Below, in pieces: positions 9,368-18,715 of a stretch of DNA of 64,000 nt. The notes under the pieces are model-generated. The model had not been told where the DNA came from. It saw only the letters and a list, made by a program, of their open reading frames with translations, and did not search any database. Position numbers and translations under genes: made by a program. This DNA is from Bdellovibrionales bacterium (GTDB taxonomy: Bacteria > Bdellovibrionota > Bdellovibrionia > Bdellovibrionales > UBA1609): NCBI GenBank assembly GCA_041690295.1, contig JAWLHR010000004.1:85019-149018 (forward strand), given 5' to 3'. Each line of letters begins with the position of its first letter. The first letter of the stretch is position 1.

Positions 9368-9385
9368 TGTTAAGATTTTGGGAGT

Positions 9386-10159
9386 TTAGGTCCCTCCCAT
9401 CCAACGTTGAACGCGTCGTGTAAATGCCGCCGGATCCTCTACATTCCAACAGTGACCTACGCCACTCAAAACTTCAAGCTGCGCATGAGCTAAAGTTTGA
9501 GCTGTTATTTCAGAATCTTTGACCGGGATGATCACATCTTCTTTGCCATGGACAATCAGGGTGGGGACCTTGATGTTTTTGGCGTCCTCGCGAATGTCCG
9601 TGGTTTTCAGGATTTCAAGGATCGAGGAGCCGATCCCCTTGACCGCTTTAAAAGCATCGTCGGTGATTTCTTTTTTGAATTCTTCGGTGAGATTTTCGTC
9701 TTTAAAGACCGTACCCAGGATCACCGTGCCGGTCAGTTCACGGCTCTGGGTCATTTGATTAAAGGCCTCATACATGCTGTCGTCGAAGACAATCCCGGTC
9801 ACGCCCACGGGATCCAGCAGAAAGGCGCTTTCAAAACGCTTCGGGGCCAAGGCCATCATTTGCATGGCGATCAGGCCGCCGAGCGAGTGAGCGACTAATC
9901 GCACCCGTTCCAGGCGTTCGCGCTCCAGCAGCTCCAAGAAATCATAGCTCAAGTCCTTCAGAGTGAATGGCTCGTGCCAGTCCGGATTATTTCCACAACC
10001 GCGCCAGTCGGCGAAAAAGAATGAACCGGGCCCTGTCGCGCCGGTTTTCTTCCATTCTCTTAAAAAAGGATGCCACCACCGGCTTGACGCCAGGTTGCCG
10101 TGAATAAAAAGGGTATCAGCGGGTGATAGATTTGAGTGGCGCTCGCAATAGAGATTCAC
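9386..10159 (-). CDS. Alpha/beta hydrolase
   Basis: FIHGN, DWRGCG, AHSLGG nucleophile elbow, VHGKED, GVGH; GTG start at 10159 with GGAGG SD. Confidence 0.88.
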   Translation of the reverse strand: MNLYCERHSNLSPADTLFIHGNLASSRWWHPFLREWKKTGATGPGSFFFADWRGCGNNPDWHEPFTLKDLSYDFLELLERERLERVRLVAHSLGGLIAMQMMALAPKRFESAFLLDPVGVTGIVFDDSMYEAFNQMTQSRELTGTVILGTVFKDENLTEEFKKEITDDAFKAVKGIGSSILEILKTTDIREDAKNIKVPTLIVHGKEDVIIPVKDSEITAQTLAHAQLEVLSGVGHCWNVEDPAAFTRRVQRWMGGT

Positions 10160-11156
10160 AGTTCGCCTCCTTATCCAGAGGAATGGTTCGGTCTCCATTG
10201 ACGGCTACACGATTGATCGGGTCGCCGTCAAAAACCAATCCATCCTGTAAAGCAGGAAGCCCTTTGGCGATATTCAAAAGCCATACAGCCGTGATCCTCG
10301 GCCATTCCTCAGGGATTTTATGACGTGAATGGTTGAGGCGCAGATAACTGGCCCCTCGGCCGTTCAACGACTCCCAGAACTCGTCCAGCCGATCGATCTT
10401 CACATACTCATCCTGAACGGCGCCAAAGACGTGCACGCGACCCGCGGGAAGCTGGTCGGCTTTTTCATAAGCATTCCAATTCTTGGCGCCCTTCACCATG
10501 CGGTAAACGGCTTCAATTTTGTACTTATTCTCCAAAATAATCGGTTCCGCGATCGGATAGGTCGAATAAACCAGGATGCGAAGATAGTAGTCGTAGAGTT
10601 CGTCGTCCGTTCGGGGATCGAAGGGATTACTCATACGGTGAAAGCGAACATAGTTATTAATCAAAGTGTCCTGGGTTTCCAGGCGCTCAAGAAAAGGCGC
10701 GATCGCCACGTAAACATCAAAATCATCCGGATACTCCGTGGCGGCGTAAAGGCCCACGGCGCCGCCATAGGACAATCCGGCGGCGATGGTGCGCCCTTCG
10801 ATGTTGAGGGATTTTCGTAAGTCATGAAGATCGCGAACCTGATTTTTAATGGGAATGTCGATGCGAATGGGCGCATCGGCGAGCAGGGTTTGTCCCATGC
10901 CCACCATATCGTAAGCCACAATGCCGATGCCCTTATCCAAATTCCGGATCGCGGCGATCAACGGATGGAATTCGCGAGTTGAGTAGGTGAGGCCGTTCAG
11001 CAGGAAGATCGTGGGCTTGTTCGGTGCGGCCGGATAATGTTCGACAAAAAGCTTATGGCCTTTGCGAATCTTCACAAAACCGGAAAAATGAGACGACGTT
11101 TTTGACCATGCGGTGGCGCAGCTGAGCGCCAGACATGAAATTGCCAACCACTTCAT
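10116..11156 (-). CDS. Secreted alpha/beta hydrolase
   Basis: Signal peptide; LNGL, YDMVGMG, GLSYGG, QDEYV, SRH. Confidence 0.82.
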   Translation of the reverse strand: MKWLAISCLALSCATAWSKTSSHFSGFVKIRKGHKLFVEHYPAAPNKPTIFLLNGLTYSTREFHPLIAAIRNLDKGIGIVAYDMVGMGQTLLADAPIRIDIPIKNQVRDLHDLRKSLNIEGRTIAAGLSYGGAVGLYAATEYPDDFDVYVAIAPFLERLETQDTLINNYVRFHRMSNPFDPRTDDELYDYYLRILVYSTYPIAEPIILENKYKIEAVYRMVKGAKNWNAYEKADQLPAGRVHVFGAVQDEYVKIDRLDEFWESLNGRGASYLRLNHSRHKIPEEWPRITAVWLLNIAKGLPALQDGLVFDGDPINRVAVNGDRTIPLDKEANCESLLRAPLKSITR

Positions 11157-11158
11157 AA

Positions 11159-11902
11159 TTAAAGGACCAAGCCGCCGTCCACGCTTAGAACGGTTCCGTT
11201 AATGTAGGAAGCTTCATCACTGGCCAGGAACATGCAGGCGTGAGCGATATCCGAGGTCTCGCCCAAGCGCTGTACAGGCACCTTGCTGGCGATTCCGTCG
11301 AGAACTTCCTTCGGCATGGCTTCAGTCATTTTGGTACGAATGAATCCCGGTGCGATCGCGTTGGATGTAAAACCTTTACGGCCCAATTCTTTGCCCCAGG
11401 TTTTTGTCATTCCTACAACGCCGGCCTTAGCGGCGGCGTAATTGGTCTGGCCGAAATTGCCATATAGAGCAACTACACTAGCCATATTTATGATACGTTT
11501 GGGGCCATTGGCGTCAAATTTCTCCAGCATGGCCTTGGTGACGTTAAAAAGGCCGGTCAGATTGGTTTGAATCACCTGATCCCACTCGGTCTCCGCCATT
11601 TTAGCGAAACTTTTATCGCGAGTGATGCCGGCGTTATTGACGAGAATATTCAGCGGCTGCGCCAGATTATCGGCCAGTTGCTTGCAGCTCGCGCGGTCCG
11701 TGACGTCGAGGTGAGCGGTGTGTAATTGGCCGATTCCACTGAGTTCCTTGGAAGCGGCTTCAAGAGCGGCTTTGTCGTAATCCGCGACGGTGACAACCGC
11801 TTTGGATTGCAGAAAGCATTTTGCGATTTCAAAACCGATTCCTTGAGCACCACCGGTAACGAGAACATGACGGTTACTAAAATCGAAGTTTGTCTTCCTC
11901 AC
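11159..11902 (-). CDS. fabG: 3-oxoacyl-ACP/CoA reductase (FabG/PhaB-like SDR)
   Basis: TGGAQGIG, NNAGITRD, NYAAAK, IAPGFI. Confidence 0.85.
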   Translation of the reverse strand: MRKTNFDFSNRHVLVTGGAQGIGFEIAKCFLQSKAVVTVADYDKAALEAASKELSGIGQLHTAHLDVTDRASCKQLADNLAQPLNILVNNAGITRDKSFAKMAETEWDQVIQTNLTGLFNVTKAMLEKFDANGPKRIINMASVVALYGNFGQTNYAAAKAGVVGMTKTWGKELGRKGFTSNAIAPGFIRTKMTEAMPKEVLDGIASKVPVQRLGETSDIAHACMFLASDEASYINGTVLSVDGGLVL

Positions 11903-11994
11903 CCGTATTCACCCCTTGTTTTTGTTGCACGTCTTAGCTATTTTCCGCCCATCAAACAACAACAATCAAATGCTGTGATGCAGAGGAATGTGGA

Positions 11995-12996
11995 ATGCGG
12001 AGAGCGGTCATACGTGGAACTGGATCTTATGCACCTGAAAAAGTGATTCGAAACGAATATTTCAACGAGCTGTATGGCCGCGATGTCGACAGTTTCCTCC
12101 GTGAAAAACGTAATATTTTTGAGAGACGCCATATGTCAGAGGCGCAGGCCACATCCGACCTGATTTTACCTGCCGCTCAACAGGCCATTCGCAATGCCAA
12201 TCTGGCCCCACAGGATATTGATCTCATTATCGTCTCAACGGACACGCCTGATTATTTGTCGCCGAGCACGGCCGCCGTCGTGCAATACGCACTTAAAGCC
12301 CATCGGGCGGCGGCTTTTGATATCAATTCCGCCTGTGCCGGCTTTGTGACGGCACTCGATATGGCGAGCAAATATGTGGTCGATCCACAATATAAAAACA
12401 TCTTGGTCGTCGGTGCCTATGGCATGAGTAAATATTTGAACTATGACGATTATAAAATCGCCACACTCTTTGCCGATGGCGCCGGAGCGGTCGTGGTTCA
12501 GGCCGAGGAAACGGACGAGGATGTGGGCGTGTTGGCGTCCACCTTATACGCCGACGGGCAGTATCATGATTACATGGGTGTTTACGCCGGCGGAACCCGG
12601 ACCCCGATCACCCATGAAGTAATTGAACAGAAGAAACACCTCTTGGATTTTGCGAAAAAAATTCCCATCGAGACCAACGGCACTCACTGGCCGCGACTAA
12701 CGCGAATTTTACTCGATCGGATTCAAAAAACCGAAAAAGACATTGATCACTTCTTCCTGACGCAAATTAATATTCAAAGCATTTTCGAGGCCCTGGATAA
12801 TCTGGGCTTACCCCACTCCAAGTCGCATAACATTATGGACCGCTATGGATACACGGGAAGCGCGTGCATCCCCATGGCCTTGCACGATGCGGTTGAGCAG
12901 CACAAGCTGAAGAAGGGTCAATTGGTCTTTATGTTGGGTTCGGGCGGCGGATTGTCGATGGCCGCGACAGCGATGAGATGGGCCTATGACACTTGA
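11995..12996 (+). CDS. 3-oxoacyl-ACP synthase III family protein with non-canonical active site
   Basis: GTGSYAP, DINSACAGF, LFADGAGA, GSGGG; TQIN replaces HQAN and YGYT replaces YGNT. Confidence 0.88.
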   Translation: MRRAVIRGTGSYAPEKVIRNEYFNELYGRDVDSFLREKRNIFERRHMSEAQATSDLILPAAQQAIRNANLAPQDIDLIIVSTDTPDYLSPSTAAVVQYALKAHRAAAFDINSACAGFVTALDMASKYVVDPQYKNILVVGAYGMSKYLNYDDYKIATLFADGAGAVVVQAEETDEDVGVLASTLYADGQYHDYMGVYAGGTRTPITHEVIEQKKHLLDFAKKIPIETNGTHWPRLTRILLDRIQKTEKDIDHFFLTQINIQSIFEALDNLGLPHSKSHNIMDRYGYTGSACIPMALHDAVEQHKLKKGQLVFMLGSGGGLSMAATAMRWAYDT

Positions 12997-14464
12997 TTGG
13001 TTGGAACGCTGGAACCGTTACTCACCGGAAAACATCGCCGTTCAGTGCGGTGAAACCGGGCGCGCGATTTCCTATCGACAGTTTTACCGTCAGGCGCAAA
13101 ACATCGCCGCCTATCTGCGCGATGAGTTCGGCGTCGGTCCGCGGGATCGAGTGGCCTGCATGGCTCAGAACGAAATCGAGTATCTTTCGCTTTTTTATGC
13201 CTGTCAGAGACTGAACGCGATCTTGGTGCCGGTGAATTTCCGATTCACCAGTTCGGAAGTTCAACACATTCTGCGCGACAGTGGCGCCAAAGCGTTCGTC
13301 GTGCAGCCGGATTACTTCCCGGTGGTGGAGAAGTTCAAAGATGAAATCCGTATTTGGGATTTCACTCAGCTGATGGATTGCGCGCGAAAGGAATCGGATA
13401 TCCAGGTTCCATTCACCGGCGACGCGGAAGATTCGTGCATGATTCTATACACCTCGGGCACGACAGGCTTTCCGAAAGGCGCGATCATTTCCCATCGCAT
13501 GATCTTTTGGAATTCCATCAACACCGGTTTGCGGCTCAATCTCACGCAGAATGACGTGGTGGTGACCTTTTTGCCGCTCTTCCATACGGGTGGTTGGAAC
13601 GTTTTGACCAATCCCTGTTTCCATCGCGGCGCCAAGGTGATTCTGCTTAAAAAATTCGACGCGGATTTGATTTTGGATCTTTGTGAAAAGGAAAAGGTGA
13701 CGGTCTTGTTCGGTGTTCCCACCACGATGGATCTTCTCCGCCGCTCGCCCCGATTCAGTGAAGTGGATCTGAAATCCGTGCGCTATGCGATCGTGGGTGG
13801 CGAACCCATGCCGTTGGAATTGATCCAAGTTTGGGAAGAGCGGGGCATTCCCATTCGGCAGGGTTACGGCTTAACGGAATTCGGACCGAGTGTGTTCTCG
13901 CTGAACCAGGAAGATAGCCGCCGTAAGATGGGCTCGATCGGTTTTCCCAATTTCTACGTCGACGCGCGGATCGTGGACGATGAAGGTAAAGATGTCGGCG
14001 CCAACGAGGTCGGTGAGTTGATCTTAAAAGGGCCCGCCATGATGTCGGGCTATTGGAACAATGAAAAGGCCACGCGGGAAACCATCCGAAACGGCTGGCT
14101 TTACACCGGGGATCTGGTTCGCCGGGATGAAGAAGGTTATTACTTCGTGGTTGGCCGCAAAAAGGAAATGTTCATCAGCGGCGGCGAGAACGTTTATCCC
14201 GCTGAAGTGGAAAAGGTTTTGCGATCGATTCCGGGCGTGCGTGAAGCCGCGGTCATTGGAGTTAAGGACATCCGCTGGGGTGAAACCGGTAAGGCTTTTA
14301 TTTCCTTCGAGGACAACGCCTCGGGTAAGGCGCTTAGGCCGGAAATTTTACGGGAACATTGTCTTAAGCATCTGGCCAAGTTCAAGGTGCCCACGCAATT
14401 CGTGATTCTTCCTGATCTACCCAAGACTGAAAGCGGAAAAATCGCGAAAAAGCTGCTCACTTAG
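12986..14464 (+). CDS. Acyl-CoA synthetase / AMP-binding enzyme (MenE/FadD-like)
   Basis: YTSGTTGFPKG, QGYGLTE, GWLYTGD, GGENVYPAEVE, LPKTESGK. Confidence 0.92.
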   Translation: MTLDWLERWNRYSPENIAVQCGETGRAISYRQFYRQAQNIAAYLRDEFGVGPRDRVACMAQNEIEYLSLFYACQRLNAILVPVNFRFTSSEVQHILRDSGAKAFVVQPDYFPVVEKFKDEIRIWDFTQLMDCARKESDIQVPFTGDAEDSCMILYTSGTTGFPKGAIISHRMIFWNSINTGLRLNLTQNDVVVTFLPLFHTGGWNVLTNPCFHRGAKVILLKKFDADLILDLCEKEKVTVLFGVPTTMDLLRRSPRFSEVDLKSVRYAIVGGEPMPLELIQVWEERGIPIRQGYGLTEFGPSVFSLNQEDSRRKMGSIGFPNFYVDARIVDDEGKDVGANEVGELILKGPAMMSGYWNNEKATRETIRNGWLYTGDLVRRDEEGYYFVVGRKKEMFISGGENVYPAEVEKVLRSIPGVREAAVIGVKDIRWGETGKAFISFEDNASGKALRPEILREHCLKHLAKFKVPTQFVILPDLPKTESGKIAKKLLT

Positions 14465-16457
14465 TTTCAACTCCGAAGGCGGATGTTTCGAGATCGTCGA
14501 TGGCTTCCTTCAAGGATTGAGCACGCTCAGGGTCACTGACCGGCGGTTCCACATCGACGGATTTGCCGAGAATCTCGTCCACCCTGGGTTCTTGCCGTTC
14601 CATGAACCAATCGTGAACAGCCTCGTTCCAGCCACGTCGCAGGCTTCGCTCATCCAGACGCACGAACAACTTGGCGGCCAAGTGAGCGCCCACGATGGCG
14701 GCCACGGTCCGAACGTCAAATATGCTTGTCCCCCGAAGGGCGATATAGAAAACGGCGATCACCGCGGGCAGAACCGCCATGGACAGATAAAGCGTTTGAA
14801 TGGTCCGCTGACGAAACGTTTGCGAGCGGTCCAGTTCGGTGAGATTGGACTGCAAGCGCAGCGTGAGATTGGAAAAGTTCTCGCGCACGTCCCGCTTGAT
14901 GTCGGGAACGATTTCCTCCCATCGTTGATTCAAATAATTTGAGAAGTAATGGTCCAGGGACTTGGATTTCGGCAGGCGAATCTCGTAGAGCCCGTTTTGA
15001 ACCGAAGCGATCGGCGGTTCATCGATGCCGATGCTATTTTTGCGTTTAAATTCCGGAAACTGATTCACTAGTTGAGTGGCCTCGGCCACCGTGGTCGGTA
15101 TGCGGATCACACCCTCGGAAACGGCCAGACGCAGGCGAAACACGATATTGTCGACGGTCATTTCCAGGTAACGTTCCAATTCCCGAACGGCCGGAATGTT
15201 TCCCGCCAGATCCCCCAGCTCCAGTCCGGCTTTGGCGACGGGATTGGCGAGCCAGTGGGCGAAGCCACGGAGACCTCGCGTCTGCTTACTCCACTTTCCT
15301 TCAAGTTCGGCGGCCAGCCGGTGATAAGGCGCCTGCGACAAAGAGTCATTGATCAGGTGTTTGATGTACACATCAAACAGTTCTTTGGTGAGTCTGATTT
15401 CGTCGCTGTCCCTGACCATCATGCTGTAGGTTTTTTCCGCTTCATTGAGAACGTGCTCAAGAACCAGATTCAATGTTTGCCGGCGGTGGCGGGCGGCGGT
15501 TTGGTCCAAGGTGCTGAGGAGATCCGCGAATTCCATGGAATCATAAATGGGGCGCAGCCGTAAGACCTCTTCGCCAAGCGCCACTTTTTCATCGTGAACC
15601 ATATGGTAAGCGCCAAGAACTTCCTGCGGAAGAGCGGTGGGGTCTCGTTTGCCGAAAAGCTTGTCACAGATGAAGTTAATATGAGTTTCGATGATGGTTT
15701 GCGGGATCGCGGCGTTGACGTTGTAAATCAGAATCAAATCCCTGGGGCCATTGGCTTTCAGAAGACGTTCGAGAAATTCCAGGTTGGGCTCGCTGGCGTA
15801 ATCCACGTTGGTGAAGACGTAAATCAGGATATCCGATTTCATGGCCATGTCAGCCACGAGTTCGTTACCGAGAGGGCCGTTATAAGCCGGGGTGTCCACG
15901 AAAATGAGATTGCGGTAAAATTGTTCCGACGGGTAAATGAGTGGGGGACCTTCCTGACTTGTTTGTTGAATGTTTCGCCAAAGTTCGGATCGGTGAATGC
16001 GCGGGTCGAATTCTCCCGTTTCATCGATCAACTTGGCGTTGAACAGGATCAACGGTCTGGCGGTTGAGTCGGCATGAAAGCTCACCAGCGACGGGCCCTC
16101 GGTGAGACGCTTGACCTCTGATTGGTGGGCCCAGATTTTCGGGATCGCGTTCAACACCGCGGATTTTCCCACATTAGTGGCGCCAACGATGGTGATCATT
16201 CGTGCCGGATTTTTGGCGCGGGCGGACGGGATCAGGTATTGGGTGATCACCTTGGTCCACGGAGGCTCTTCGGAAAGGCCTTTGACCGCGTTCAACATTT
16301 GAATCAGGCTTTGCTCCGTGGTTCGCGACGGCGCCGGAACGGATAACTCGGTCGCCGTCAGTTCCAATTCGCAGCGAAAGGGCCTTACGGCCCCGGCTGC
16401 GATCGAAGCATGCAGAATGGAAAACGAACAGAGAAGCGCGAGGCTCCGTTTAATCAT
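14457..16457 (-). CDS. Dynamin-like P-loop GTPase with N-terminal signal peptide and C-terminal hydrophobic hairpin
   Basis: GATNVGKS (G1), DST (G2), VDTPAY (G3), long helical region, two hydrophobic segments near the C-terminus. Confidence 0.7.
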   Translation of the reverse strand: MIKRSLALLCSFSILHASIAAGAVRPFRCELELTATELSVPAPSRTTEQSLIQMLNAVKGLSEEPPWTKVITQYLIPSARAKNPARMITIVGATNVGKSAVLNAIPKIWAHQSEVKRLTEGPSLVSFHADSTARPLILFNAKLIDETGEFDPRIHRSELWRNIQQTSQEGPPLIYPSEQFYRNLIFVDTPAYNGPLGNELVADMAMKSDILIYVFTNVDYASEPNLEFLERLLKANGPRDLILIYNVNAAIPQTIIETHINFICDKLFGKRDPTALPQEVLGAYHMVHDEKVALGEEVLRLRPIYDSMEFADLLSTLDQTAARHRRQTLNLVLEHVLNEAEKTYSMMVRDSDEIRLTKELFDVYIKHLINDSLSQAPYHRLAAELEGKWSKQTRGLRGFAHWLANPVAKAGLELGDLAGNIPAVRELERYLEMTVDNIVFRLRLAVSEGVIRIPTTVAEATQLVNQFPEFKRKNSIGIDEPPIASVQNGLYEIRLPKSKSLDHYFSNYLNQRWEEIVPDIKRDVRENFSNLTLRLQSNLTELDRSQTFRQRTIQTLYLSMAVLPAVIAVFYIALRGTSIFDVRTVAAIVGAHLAAKLFVRLDERSLRRGWNEAVHDWFMERQEPRVDEILGKSVDVEPPVSDPERAQSLKEAIDDLETSAFGVETK

Positions 16458-17619
16458 CGGTAGTCAGGGCCTTTATAAACGAGTCTTGTCCAAGACCGTG
16501 GTGGACAAGCATCGCTTGCTTCTCAGGGAGATAAACGTAGCGTCGAATGGGAACACTGCCGATCAAAACCCGGGGCGCCGCCGTCACTTGCTTTCGCTGC
16601 GTGCTCATTTGGGCGATGGCCTTGCGGAGATTGTCCAGACCTTCGCGGCATTCACGGATCGAGATATTTCCATACTCCTCCGACTTCAAGACGCACTTGA
16701 CCTCGATGTTCGGCAGATTTGACTTGAACCAGGCCTTCATCTCGTGCACATGGCGGCGGTTTTCACGGAACGTGTTGATGTCATGCCAGGTCCACGCGGG
16801 CGCGAAGTTGCGCGTGAAAGGCCAACGGCTTTCATGATGGTCATTCAGGCCCTGGATGATGTCATGAAACATCTGTCCGGGATGATCGTCCACGTTCAGG
16901 CGGCGGCGCAATTCACCTTCGTCTTCATAAATCGGAGATGAAAATTGCGAGATCACCAAGGAGTCCACGCCAAGTTGGGCGGCCAGCTCCGGTGACGGCT
17001 GCTTGCCGACGAAGACCATCTGCAATGCCAGATCCGCCTTGATCAAACCATCATGATAACGCTCGTCAAGAACGTCGTATCCCGGAATGACTTTGACGAA
17101 ATAAGTGTCCTTGATCTTCTTGGCCAGAGCTTTATTGAGCTTGATCATATCCGCTTTGCTGAGACCGAAATGCATCTTGAGCTGTCGGTTGATGAACTGA
17201 CTCATCCGGTCCGGGGTGGCGTTATAGGGCACCTTCATCTCACGGTTGAGAATCGTCAGTCCTTGCCAGAGACCGGGCCGGCCGATTTCGATCGTCACAT
17301 AAGTGGCTAAATCCGCCGGATCGACGATCCGGTCGACTTTGGCCAGGGCCGCCTGCAGATGGGTCAGACCATAGACGCAGTTGTGTTCATCCAGTGCGCC
17401 CCAAAAACGGACATATCCTTTGTCACATTCCGCTTTGAAGCCGTACTTCTGCAGGATTTCATTCTTTAGTTTTTCCGACATTTCACTTTGGGCGGGAGCC
17501 AGATTCTGCAATTCCCTTGTTAGTCGATCGCGCCAGGATCGGGCTTCGCCGTCGGACTCGGCGAGTGCCCAGACATTAAGGCAAAACCCGAGTACCGCGA
17601 GTTTTAAGAGCATTTTCAT
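16450..17619 (-). CDS. Secreted hypothetical protein with internal repeats
   Basis: AGGAGG SD; signal peptide; overlaps both neighbours in the operon. Confidence 0.75.
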   Translation of the reverse strand: MKMLLKLAVLGFCLNVWALAESDGEARSWRDRLTRELQNLAPAQSEMSEKLKNEILQKYGFKAECDKGYVRFWGALDEHNCVYGLTHLQAALAKVDRIVDPADLATYVTIEIGRPGLWQGLTILNREMKVPYNATPDRMSQFINRQLKMHFGLSKADMIKLNKALAKKIKDTYFVKVIPGYDVLDERYHDGLIKADLALQMVFVGKQPSPELAAQLGVDSLVISQFSSPIYEDEGELRRRLNVDDHPGQMFHDIIQGLNDHHESRWPFTRNFAPAWTWHDINTFRENRRHVHEMKAWFKSNLPNIEVKCVLKSEEYGNISIRECREGLDNLRKAIAQMSTQRKQVTAAPRVLIGSVPIRRYVYLPEKQAMLVHHGLGQDSFIKALTTDD

Positions 17620-18715
17620 TTTTTAATTCCTCCTTCAAAGTTTTGAGCGCTTGGTCGACGGAGCCGAATTCTTGTTCGGCGCTGGTGAGCAGTTCCTCAT
17701 TCTCATTCAAGAACTCGAGAATTCGTTGTTTCTGAAGCGATGTGAAGAGTTCAAGGTAGGCCTTGTAAAGGGCCGGCGAGGCCAGATCCGAAGCGGTGAA
17801 CTCCTCACCGAGCTCCATGATCTGCTGCCAACTTGAGAGCGTGCGACGGTTAAGAATATCCGGGTCGGGTGCGAGAAAATCAAACGTGTTGCGCGCCCAT
17901 CGGTCAAACGCCACCCATCCGATCAGGTAGGCGACGCCGCCACCCACGTTAATCAGTTTGCCGATGGCCGTGGCGGACGCGGCTTGCGCGAGAACGTGTA
18001 AGGTCGGCGCCACATATTTGTCCCACAACACGATGGATACGGCGATTTCACCGATCAGGAATCCGACTTGTTTATAAATTGAGTTGCGGCTGTACCGCTC
18101 ATCAATCCGGCGAATTCGCTGTAACATCGGTGAATCCGCCGCGGCGCTGGGTTCGCCGAAAACATCCAGGCGCAACGCGGTCAACGCTTGATGGGATTTT
18201 AAAAGCAAACTGGTCCACGCCGTGCGATCGGTCGTCGTGCAAGTGGATCTGGCCACGATATCGAGTTCCGAGCTGCCGGCTTCCGCGCGGGCGATCACCA
18301 GGCCGAAAAGAGCGGCTTCGAAAAACTGCAAAATTTGGATCCGGGCGGAAAGGAGCTGCTGAACGTCCTCCGATGGACGGCGTTCGGAAAGATACCAGGT
18401 GTAGGAGTTGGCGAGTTGATTGCCCACTTCATTGTATAAATTGATGAATCGCCGGCATTTCTCATCGGCGCGAAAGGCTATGGCTTTGTTCGCCTCACGG
18501 GCGTTTCCCAAGGCCGTCAGGTAATGGCGAAGGTGCCGGCGCTGTATGTCGACGAATGGTGATGGACGAATTCCATCGCGCAGCCGGATGTACGTTTCGA
18601 GAACGTTGACGGCCATTTCAAGATCGGATTTCTGACCTATTCCGTTCATCGCGCCCTCGCTTGCACCGGCGGTCCAGGCGATCACCGCCGGAAAAATCAT
18701 TGCGAAAAGGATCAC
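17576..18715 (-). CDS. Exported/membrane helical hypothetical protein
   Basis: Hydrophobic N-terminus plus 2-3 hydrophobic helices; GTGA overlap with upstream gene. Confidence 0.7.
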   Translation of the reverse strand: MILFAMIFPAVIAWTAGASEGAMNGIGQKSDLEMAVNVLETYIRLRDGIRPSPFVDIQRRHLRHYLTALGNAREANKAIAFRADEKCRRFINLYNEVGNQLANSYTWYLSERRPSEDVQQLLSARIQILQFFEAALFGLVIARAEAGSSELDIVARSTCTTTDRTAWTSLLLKSHQALTALRLDVFGEPSAAADSPMLQRIRRIDERYSRNSIYKQVGFLIGEIAVSIVLWDKYVAPTLHVLAQAASATAIGKLINVGGGVAYLIGWVAFDRWARNTFDFLAPDPDILNRRTLSSWQQIMELGEEFTASDLASPALYKAYLELFTSLQKQRILEFLNENEELLTSAEQEFGSVDQALKTLKEELKNENALKTRGTRVLP

